Assembly (NCBI GenBank): GCA_030248215.1
Contig: JASANG010002859.1
Coordinates: 1-64,000 of the forward strand
Length of the DNA stretch: 64,000 bases
Direction: 5' to 3'
Source: Enoplolaimus lenunculus
Taxonomy: Eukaryota
Below are positions 24,601 through 35,358 of the stretch, piece after piece (position 1 is the stretch's first letter; every line of letters starts with the position of its first letter). Below the pieces are notes generated by a model that had not been told where the DNA came from, ran no database searches, and saw nothing but the letters and a program-made list of their open reading frames with translations. The translations under genes and the position numbers were made by a program.

Positions 24601-27600
24601 AAAAGTAACATTGGCCGTTGTCTGTATGAATTGTGGAATCAGAAAAAGGTTTACTGTGTATTTAGAAACAGCCACTGCAGGTGAAAATGAGCAGGGAACG
24701 CGAATATTGATTTAAAATTACACGAGATAAGGTTTATGAACAGTGTTCATATATTTGGTCAGAATCGTGAGGCGATATATTTGCGATAACGAGGTTTTTG
24801 TAGAAAATTATGTATTTTAATATTGTTTATTCTGTGTGCGTAAATTTGTGCTTATTGTGATTTTTAGAAACCACTGCTGAATCTGATCGAATGAAAAGAC
24901 TAAGTCGAAATTGGATGAAACTACTAAAACGGACCAAATTGAAAAGTCGTCCCGCAGAAGCGATTATTTGTTCAATTGTCGACGACGCCGATTTAGAAAA
25001 ATCAATCGAGGAACATCCTAAATATTGGAAGATATTAAGTAGGAACTTTAATATATAATGCTGCGGTCCGGAATTTGTTCGGGGGGTGCGGAATATTAAT
25101 ATGGTATGGTTTTCTACTAAGCATCCCTTACTCATTCACTTGTAACTGATTATCTCGGGAAAGTTCATTCGTGGGCGTCCAGGCCGCATGTGCCCTCTGT
25201 GACCGGTTATGGTTGCATAATTTTGATTTAATGTTAATTTCGATATTTGAAAAGCACAAAACTCTGGTTGTCATTTACACGGTAGCGAAGCGGTTACACA
25301 GCGCAATTCCGTTTAAATTTAGGTTTTCCTCAGCATGTCAGTTGGCATAGCGTTATATTAAAAGGAAGCTAGAGAAACGTTTTGGCTTAGAGTTACATAT
25401 TTTGATGATCGACTTTTTATGTTAACGCACGATGACAAATTTATACATTATGACTAGCGCATAAACAGCAAATCTTTGTTATGCTACGAATTTACGCATA
25501 AAATCGTTTGTAATTTATTGTCTATTATTGATGTTTTTATTTTTTGTGTTCACTAGTCTGCCAGCTTTGAGCAATGCGCAAATGTAGCGAAAGCGCAAAA
25601 AAAATTTTTACTTTCATAGAACAATCACGTGTATTTCCTAAGAAATTATTGTAAACAAAGTAATGCTGAAAAGTTGCCCGAAATACGTATGTGTGGCGTT
25701 CCAGCTTTAATATATAGTTTTTTGTATTACAGCTAAAGGTTTTTGCTCGGTTGAAGACAAAATTAACCTAGAAATATTTATCAAATATGCGAAACAGCTA
25801 ATTCCACAGCGTATTTGGAAAATTCAAACGACACATATTCAAAGATATTTATGTGTCCGCGAACTCAAGAACGACTTGATGCAAGGATCTCCACCAATTC
25901 CAATTCCGACGCTGGGTCCAGCGCATTACTGTCTGTAAGTTGGACCGCTTTAGTGCTAATTTAGTTCCGTCAACAACGTTTATCAGAGACACATTGTTTG
26001 TTATCTACAGTGCAAAACTATTTTTGTCTCAGCATAATTGACTTAGCAAAATATTGTCGGTAATTATGATTGTTTGACAGCTAATTCAGTATGCTAAATA
26101 TACGAAATACGAGTGCAACAACATTACTGTTTAATGAGAGCGAGACTGGTATGAAACTGTATAATCAAATTCAGTTTCTGCATTTGATACGACAGGGAGC
26201 AACACCACACATATACTTTCAAAGAGAAGAATGTTGGATCAGGCGGAATGTAGGGGCAGAGAAGTAAATTTTTTGTACCTTAAAATTCATACATATTTCT
26301 GCGATTTGCGCCATCAATCGGTACACATCGAGTATATTATGCAGAAATTTCGGTTGTTAGTACACTGGATCGAGCTACAATTCATGGGTTACGTTAAATA
26401 CAACCATTTTTAAGTTTTCAACTTTAAGCTGATCATAATTACCTTCGGTAGTACCGTAGTCAACTTCATCGTCCAAATAAACAGTAATCGGTGTTTGCAT
26501 TTTGTTGCTTTAGTTGGTTGAGATTGATCTTTTTGCTGTTCTAAATTTCGAATCAGCCTATCTAGTAGTTTTTGGTTGCTTTGAGGAGTCGGCTAGCCGT
26601 TTTTTAGTTCCGCTTCCTGGCTATACTGATTACCATCGGCTAGAGATACAAAATCATCTCTGGAATTTGCCATTATAATTACTTGAATGTAGTATTATAA
26701 GTTTCCTGAATAAAACGTCCTGGCACACATTATACTTTACGAAATCTTTCAATTTATTATAAATAGTTATGCGCTTGTGGGTGAGCGTAAGTTAGGATAG
26801 GTACCCGAGTAGAGTGAGCTAGACCGTGGGTGCTCCTACTTCCGCCCACTAGAAACCCTAGATATATAGAGAATAATGTAAGCCATTGTAAGCTCAACAC
26901 TAATGACCGTCAATAAAATTATTTACAATACATAACCCGTTTTGTTTATAAACAAATGTTTAACATCCTAGGTACGGTTTGGTATAGCACCGGACGTCCG
27001 TACTATTTTTGCATGGCTGTGTAGTTCAGTGGTTAGAGCAGCGGACTGGTAGTCCGTACATCGTGGGTTTGAGGCCCGCCGTATCCGTTGCAAAATTTTC
27101 GTGAAGGCATCTAAATGATACTACTAACTTAGAATTGTTTGTTTTGTTTCATAAACCGAATTTTGTTTATGATTGAGTTTTAGTTCAGTAGATGAATTGC
27201 GAGAGTATCGAAAATCCAACGCACCGCTGCCACAAAGCCATATCTCGTTTTTGTATTGTTGCAACGCACCAAAGTTGAAGCCAAACCGTGATTTATATGT
27301 TGCTTATCTGAAGAAAATGGGTATTTTGATTTTTATATATACTTTAATTAAAACATTTTTATGATCCGGTTTTTACAAATTACACGATATTCGGCTTTGG
27401 GTATCTTGCACTGCTCAGGTATAGGTAGTAATTTTAAGTTGTTTTTCGGAATTTATTACAAAGTGTGAGTCAGTCGATAACTACAATATTTTCCTCTGGG
27501 GTGGTGTGCATGACCCTGAGTTCTTAATATTGTATTAAAAGGGTATGTATTTGGTAACATTTATGCAAAAGAGGGGTTTCGCAGGTAATAATGTTTGAAA

Positions 27601-30600
27601 TAACAGAAAGTATGCCAAGACAGTTGTTTAATAGGAAAACTTTTGTAGGGCAGAATTATAACAACACATTAATACTAAATTTTACGTGATTAAGGTTACT
27701 TTTAGTCAAATTATGCAATTATATACTGGTGTCATTCTTCTCCCATTTTGTGTGGGTGCTTGCCTCGAGGTTGAACATCGGGGAAATTGGGTGACAATAG
27801 GAATGGGGGGCAATCGTTCCAGGTTCACCATGGGACAATTTTGTATATTCACATGTAATAGACTTAATGCGACTTTGCTTGTGTTTAGCCATATGGTGTC
27901 ACACGACATTTTACTTGTACAGTTATATTGAATTGCTGGTTCAAAAAGAAGTTTTAGTTGATGTGCGTCTATATGACTAGTTATACTGTGTTGGTTATGC
28001 AGCGTTCACAATATCTTTTCTCAGCTGCGCACCAAAAACGTCATATGGTAGGGTTAAGGAGTGTCAATTTTAAAAATTGTCACTCGTTAACCCTACCCTC
28101 CTAACATTGAAAACATATATAACCTTACCCTAACGCGTGTAACAGCTCTCTCTCTCTCTGTGACACCCGTTAGGGTAAGGTTAACGCTAATTTTAACCGT
28201 ACATATATGTTTATATTTACAACACATAAAATTGATATGTGTGTACAGTTAAGTTTGCAATTTAGATCTAAATTGCATTTTAATTACTTTATTTAATCGC
28301 TTCTATAAACAGTGTACTTTTGGAAGTTATGCATATACATATATTTTTACGGCAATAACTATTTAGAATTTTGATACCGCAACTCCGACAAAATCTGGTG
28401 TATGAACCTGAAGGAAGACCAAAGATGGGGGAAGGAATTGGCAGTGTAAACGCCAACCACCGGAGAGTGCCCATATGCATGTGGGGGTATTTCAGAAAGT
28501 TTACAAAATTTGGTGCCAAATTTGCCTTTTATGACCCGTATTCTCAAAATGAGTGTAGTATTACCATTTTGGTTATAGGTCTTGTAGTTGTTGAACCAGT
28601 ACATGCAGGGTTCGCCATACAGCCTATTTTTTATGTTGCCCTTGTCCTACTTTTTTGAAAACCTATCGCTATCTCATGATAGATGCTATACGCATATGAG
28701 TCTATAGCTCAAGATTTTACAATACAACCACATATCTAATCATAATATCATTTCGTTCATTTTTAGGATACAAGGTTGATGTAAATACACATATGTCCGA
28801 TCGTGAGCGCGCTCGGCTGTGGGCGAATTTTGAATTTTTTACGCAAAGTGAACACGTCGCAGATGCGCAGATTTTGCATGCAGATGGCTTCACGTTAACT
28901 AAAACAATTTTACGCACCAAGGAATACAACTTACTTGGCTGGTTAGGTAAGATTTTTTGTGGGGTTTTTATTCCGTTTGGCGTTTAGCAGCTGATAGAAT
29001 TTGACGGTAGTATAGAAGAACAAACTTGATCTTTTAAATGAATTCTTGTTGCGCGGAACTTTTAGTTTCACAAACGTAACCGATCGTTGTTTCGTTCAGT
29101 AAAACTGTTAAAGCTTGACGGAACAATATTGTGTCTTGGTGTTCTTAACCTCGTAACGCAAATATATCACAGTTATTTTCAGCTTTCGATTTGCCTACTC
29201 GCCTTCCTCGACAGCTGTATGGCAATTTGCAGCAGATTCTTGAATTTGGAAAACATCCGTATGCGCTTGTGCCAACAAAGGCGATAGAACAATACTTATT
29301 TGACAAGGGAATGTGAGTATTGACTTATTTTTAACTAATAAATTAATTTTAAAAGTATTTATAAATTTGTTTTAAAAGTATTTATTTACTTTGTTTTTGT
29401 GCGTTCGTAGGAATTTAATTTTTCGTCACCTATAAATTTTTCGGGTTAGGCTTAAATTGAAACTATATTTCGAACCTCTGCGATTTGCTTGCCTATTAAG
29501 TTGCGGCATTTTGTTCTGCCACGCACAAAGTTGTAAGTTTTGTTGTGCTAACGTATTAGGTTAACATTAACAGCCTAGGTGATGCATACAGTTTAGAGTA
29601 CAGGTCTTCGAAAGAAAAGCCACTGGAAGAGAACGAAACTTATGACGTATGACACCATGGCCGTCTATTGTTTACAGAGTTGGAGTGAAGGGGCCGAATG
29701 ACATTGCGTGTGACCTAAAGATGCGTTCCAGCCAAGTTAAAAGCCGATTGTTCATGATTAAACAGCGAACGGGACCGTTGACACTGGCAGAGCTCGAAAG
29801 TTTGATAGGTGAGACCTTTGCTATGCTTAGAAGTAAAGAGTAAGTACAATGTGAATGTGTTTATATTTTTTGTGCAGACAGACCGTCAAAAGTACCAAAC
29901 AAGAGAAGAGGTCAAACGAACATCTTTCTGATCGCGTTAACAAGTCTATTAATTAAACTGGGTCTTTTAGTCTTGGATACAGTCGTAAGGCTAAGGCTTA
30001 TGCGCGTATTGTCAAATGTGGATACCGACAACACTATCACCTGGTGATCGGCCTTGTAACGTTCGAACCAGAGAATATTGACGTTCGGTATCTATGGTTT
30101 ATGAAACAAAAAAATGTGATCAATTTGTATACTTAAACCTTACCCGATCTTATCACGACATAGCCTGCAACGAGCACAAAAATTATTGTAATTATTTTCA
30201 CAAACGGTAATGTAACTCTTGTAAAGTTATTTAGATTTTCTATCGCTTTGTTGCAGAAGCTTTGCTGCGTGTGTCCAAAGAACGCAGCTTTCAAAGTGCA
30301 CTGTTGAAAATATTTCGAAATCAATTCGATTTCAAATTTTTCTCAGCAGTAAAGAAAGCTTTCACCAACATTCTTGATCAACCAGTCACCGATTATACGC
30401 ATCGGACTGCGGTGGAGTTGGAACTAAAATGGTACTGTTTCAAGTTATTTTGTGTTTGAATTATGGTAATTTTTGGCTTAGGCCAAATTCTAACAATAGG
30501 TCCTGTACTCGTAGAATGAAGTGCTATCTCAACTGCGTTTCAAACCTGATTCATTGTGCCGAGTGTGGATGATACACCGATAATAGTATGCAACTCGCGT

Positions 30601-33233
30601 GTTTTTGCGTGGTACAAAATGTATAAGCGCGCGTTGCGTTTAAGCCTATCGCCCTTGATTGGGGAAAGGTCGATGTCACTCTTCAATACAGATTAACTTC
30701 CTATGATAAATGTTTCGTTTAAAATATAAGAAATGATGGGGGTCGGCCAAAAACGTAACGCGTACTGGGTGCATTCTTTTCTACACAGAATCTACTCAAT
30801 TGCAAAGTACAATAATTATTTTCTATCATCCGCTCTTGAAATCGATAATTGCACGTTAGTTAAATAAACTTTAGCTGCAATATGCAAGTTATTAAAAACA
30901 CTGCCACAGGATGTAAAGACGTGATGTAAATAATTTGAAAAGTAGTAATAAAATTGCAAGTATATTGCTACATAGGCAGAATTATTTTATATTTCTTATA
31001 GCATGTTGTTGGTACAGTGGGTATTTGCGCGTTTTGGTAATGAGTTTCCAACATCGAGCGATTTCATGGCATCAGACTATACGTCCATAGCGTTTTTTAT
31101 GAGTATAAAGCCAGCCTTCCAAGAGTCGTTTTTGATTGCAATGCAGTAAGTTGTTTTTTGTATTACGAAGTGAACCTTTTAATTTATGGCTGCGCTAAAA
31201 TATGCATTCAAATACAGTTTTGAGCGAATCGCGCGAAGCGTTTTATGTTTTGTACTCTGGGGTCGAAAGGTGGATGTCCGTCCGTCCGTCCGTCGTTCTG
31301 TCCGTCTGTACGTCCGAAAAGGATCTCAAGAACCGCTGAACGATTTTGTTAAACTTTTATTGTTTACAAACCTTGAAAACTGATAATCGAACAGTTAGCT
31401 ATTAGCTAATTTGCATATTTGCTTCATTGATAAGCCTAAATAATGGCTTTTTAAATTATTTTACAACTTATTAGGTTTAATGAAGGGTTGTTGGGTGCGA
31501 GGAATCTGACCTTCAAAACCGATAAAATGAATAGTTTGCTAATTTGCATATTAGCTTAATTGCTTGCGTGTTTTCGAGCTTCGCTTAATAAATGTTGTCC
31601 CACTACGAATCGTGTAATTGTGCACTTGCCCTGGTTTTGGCGCGAAACCGATATGTGCATTGTTTTGTTAAAGTACAAGGGTGTAGTCGGTCAAACCCCT
31701 CTGAAATTTTTGACCAGGGATGTTCAGACCTTTTAGGTTGTTGACACAAAAAGTCATCTTCGAATTCGAAATTGATTTCTTGGAAATGTTATTGAAGCTT
31801 ATTATCAATTTTCTTGTATTTTTCAGTTTGACTGAATTTAGTGTAAGTTCATCCGTTTATGTTGAAAACGATTGCTGTAAAAAACTCGACGATACAAATC
31901 AGAATTTGAGCTGCTACATAATCTACTCAAGTGTTGCAAAAATGTTACTTTTTCATTTCAGGTCTGAATTCTACATTACTCAAACATTCAGTCTTCAATT
32001 TCTTCAGTGACATTCTTTTAATCACACATGATTTAAAAATAATATTTTGAATATGTTGATTGAATATCTTGTATTTTAGCATGCTTCGATTATTGCCTCG
32101 TTTTACAATGGACACAATTGATTGGGAGTTACTTGTGGAGCAATTTAATCAAACTGGCAGGTGTGGTAATTATAGCAAGCGAGCTATTTCGGTGCCGCGT
32201 GCAAAGCAGATCTGGGAACACATCGTGTGTACTTATGTGCCTCAGGATGATAGTGACAGAACATTGGCAGGTAAAATTTGTTTGTATTTTATTTTTATTT
32301 TAACATCAGATTGCTAACACTGTTCATGTTTCATTTCAACAGCGGTAAAACATTTTGGTAAGTACATTGCATCGACAGGTATTATCTCAAAAATGTATAT
32401 TTACGCCGTGTATTCTATATGTAGCTTCTAATGATTAAGTATCTTATTATTTAGCGTAACTCGGAAAACGCACAAGAATACATTTCTGCTGACTATCGCA
32501 AATGTCGTTGTGTGAGCTTTTTTATCCATTTCCGGTTAAAATTGGTGTCTGTTTTCGTTTCTGTTAGAAGTACCAGAAATTCGTTTAGGTTTGTTCGCAA
32601 AATTAGTATATAAATAAACAACGCACATATATCTCGCAATTTTTCATTACAGATATGCTGCAATTGTTTGAAGTGAAGTAAAAATTACGAAACTCATCCA
32701 AAATTTTAATCCTTTTTCACATGAATATTTTCTATTTCCCCCGAGACCTACTTTTATGCTAGGATTCGAACTCCAGTAACTGGAGTGGGAGGCGTATACC
32801 ATCACCACTCAGCTATTGAAGTTGACGCTCGAGCCCTAGGGGGCTCTCACGTCTTGTCGTGATTTCGTACTATGTATACGTGTTGCAATTGTTAAACACG
32901 GCGAGATATATATTATTTACCGTATATACACTGCGCTGAGTTGCCTATAGGCAACTCAATGTGAGAAGGGGTTAATTTCGGTGCATCCGCCATTGTTTTT
33001 AATTTTAAAAAGCATGACCAATATTTGCCCGCCTCAATTTTGTTGGCAGAAAAAAAAAACATCTTTGAAGCCTTTATACTTCAATATCAGGTTTCCGTTT
33101 CCGTTATTTTGATCACTATCCGTTTTCGTTACTTATTTTTACCATCCATTTACACACTGATATATTTGAAATATGTGTTGTTTTAGAAAAGCTGGAGCTC
33201 ATAAGCAGTCGGTTTCTGAATTTACGATCGTAG
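18663..33233 (+). CDS. TTF1/Reb1/DMTF1-like Myb-type DNA-binding protein, multi-exon (approx. 18663-18817, 19797-20045, 20484-20543, 21783-22034, 22391-22528, 23805-23899, 24215-24246, 24868-25038, 25733-25934, 27184-27320, 28767-28945, 29183-29312, 29678-29838, 29971-30082, 30235-30431, ~30500-30562, 31001-31145, 32080-32270, 33187-33233)
   Basis: The N-terminus is Lys-rich. GYKVDVNTHMSDRERARLWANFEFFTQSEHVADAQILHADGF...KEYNLLGWLAFDLPTRLPRQLY resembles my recollection of the TTF1 block GKFS..EN..L..NVE.F...ADKLL..D.Y...RP...IY. IDWELL...QIWEHIVCTYVP...RTLA resembles TTF1 IDWEDL...YVP...KTF. Most GT-AG junctions are phase-consistent; the start, last exon and the ~30500 exon are uncertain. Confidence 0.65.
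21329..21603. mobile_element. PIF/Harbinger-like MITE, TTA TSD
   Basis: AGCCCTGTTCACACGTGCAAGTT ... AACTTGCACGTGTGAATAGGGCT with TTA on both sides. Confidence 0.8.
24461..24616 (+). mobile_element. Telomere-repeat MITE with 8-bp TSD GTTGTCTG
   Basis: (C)GCCCATGTTAC ... GTAACATTGGCC, TTAGGC core, perfect TSD. Confidence 0.85.
27015..27087 (+). tRNA. tRNA-like sequence or pseudogene, anticodon GGT (Thr), in an intron
   Basis: Cloverleaf GGCTGTG-TA-GTTC(AGTGGTTA)GAGC-A-GCGGA(CTGGTAG)TCCGT-ACATC-GTGGG(TTTGAGG)CCCGC-CGTATCC-G. It has an acceptor-stem mismatch and a degenerate T loop. Confidence 0.6.
31198..31590 (+). mobile_element. Helentron-associated (DINE-1/HINE-like) non-autonomous element
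   Basis: T-rich start, GCGCGAAGCG, a (GTCC)n microsatellite, then ATCTCAAGAACCGCTGAACGATTTTGTTAAACTT, the usual layout of these elements. Confidence 0.5.
32710..32971 (-). mobile_element. piggyBac-like MITE with internal tRNA-type A/B boxes, copy A
   Basis: TTAA|TCCTTTTTCACAT ... ATGTGAGAAGGGG|TTAA; near-identical to three other copies. Confidence 0.8.
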
Positions 33234-34328
33234 CCAAAATGCAGAAAAATGATTTAGCGTTTGGTTATCTTTACAGATATTTTTACGTGTTAATCCTGTT
33301 TATGATATTTTTGGAGGTGTTATTCGTGTTGAATTTATTCAATAAAAGCGTTCTGATTTTGTCGGTAAACGCACTAATGAAAAGAATATCTGGCTTGCAT
33401 TAAGAAGTAAATATGGTCAACCGAAAGAGAATACTACTTTAAATGCACTGTAAATTTCAGTGAGTTGATTTTAACTCAGAATGAGTAGAATTACTCTGTC
33501 TGAGTAAGGACTGTCAGAACTCAGAATTTTGGGTTGATTCAATATATTCTGATTTAATTAATCAACTCACCCAGGGTTAATTCAACTCAGATGGAAAATC
33601 AACTCAACTGAAAGTGAATTAATGTTTACTGATCTCAGAAATAACCAACTCGCTAGCTGAATTAATTAATCAACTCATTGGAATTTATAGTGTGGTATCA
33701 ATATTATCCGAGAATTGTATATACGTTTCAAATTAATTATTTACTAAACTTATTCAGATTGTTGACAGTAAAATGGCCTGGTTAATCGTAAGGATCCCTG
33801 CTCTCTTAGCCTAACTGCGCGTAAAAACTTGAGATTGAGCCTAAACCTATAAATTCAAACGTATAAGTCTTCCAATCTGTAAGTGCTCTATTCTCACTGT
33901 CTTTTATAGTGTGCAGGCACCTATTGTTAACATGGGCAGTTTAATTTATAAAGATCTATCTGATTCGAGGTGTAATTATGGCTGATGGGGCTGTCGTACA
34001 TGGCAAAAACTGGTGACTCAAATTAATTTTCTCCGAAATAATCTTACGGACCCCGCAAACGGAGTCAAATTCGAGTCACTGAGCGATTCATTGAGTCGAA
34101 TTTGACTCTATAGCGGAGTTGAATTTTGACTCCGTTTGCGTAGTCCGGAAAAGCCTATTTGAGAATCAATTTGACTCACCCTTTTTTGCAGTGTACGTTT
34201 TTGGCGAAGGTTTATGGCATTAGAATTTTTTCTGGTTTTTGGAACGCATGTCACTCCGAAAAAATTCTAAAAATTAGGCTAAATTATATATAAGCAAAAC
34301 GTATGTAAATGTTTGGCATCACCACCGC

Positions 34329-34470
34329 GGCCAATGTTACTTTAAACGGCGTAACAGCAAATTAAGCGTATTCCTAAGCGTAAGCGTTGCAAAAATGCGC
34401 TCCTAAGCCCTAAACCTACTGTTTTATGTACCCACCATAAACCTGGACGCCCCTTAAAGTAACATGGGCC
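34329..34470 (-). mobile_element. Telomere-repeat MITE with 8-bp TSD ACCACCGC
   Basis: GGCCAATGTTACTTT ... AAAGTAACATGGGCC with a perfect TSD. Another degenerate copy lies at ~34850-35013. Confidence 0.85.
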
Positions 34471-35358
34471 ACCACCGCCATATCTTGCTCTCGTAATTCA
34501 CAGATTTGTGTATTATTTTGGCGACATTTTATTAACGTAAGCTTGAGGCATTACCCACCATGACGGTAACTAGAGATTTTTGTTATTAAATAATTTATTT
34601 TAACTGTTTTACGCAACATGGTTGCAATATTTGCAACCGACGCCACCACATTTCCCGCAGATGTTGCAACACAATTAAAAATTTACGTAGTCATAATTCA
34701 GGTAGAAACTCGGAACGGTTACGATACTGTATACCTGTAAAATATCGCTCTGAAAATAGAACATTTTCTGTTTACTGCGTTCAACAATAACAAGTACATC
34801 AACTCAATGATTAATGTTATACAGCCAATTTCTGTTGTTGAAAAACTTGAACCAATGTATAGAACAGGGACGTAAGACTAGTATAAGCATATTCCTAAGC
34901 AAACGCATAAGGATGACCTCACACCTAAGCCTCAGAACTAAAATTACTGTGAAACTTAAGGTTACTCTATTGCAGTTGAGCAGAAAAAGGTCCGCCCCTG
35001 ATCTTTACATGGAGCAATCAAACGTCGAAAGTATGCCTTGTGTTTCAACAAACTGTATACGCTGGAGCATAAAAACGCCATATTTGTGATCAGTTTGCAT
35101 AGCCGCTAGCTCTACAATAAATTCCTGAGATCTAACGGAAGCCAACTGTAATTTTTAATTTTACATAATATTGACAAGTGAACAATAATGAATATAAGAA
35201 AAGTTAATATTTCAGCCAGCAGTAATTATTGGTCACCAAATCATAATATACATTCCAAACGCTCCATTTCTTTGTGCTAAGTAGCAGAAACGGTGATTAT
35301 TTGTAAGCGCTGCAGCATACTGACATGCGAACTGAGATTAATCAAACTATCATATTTG

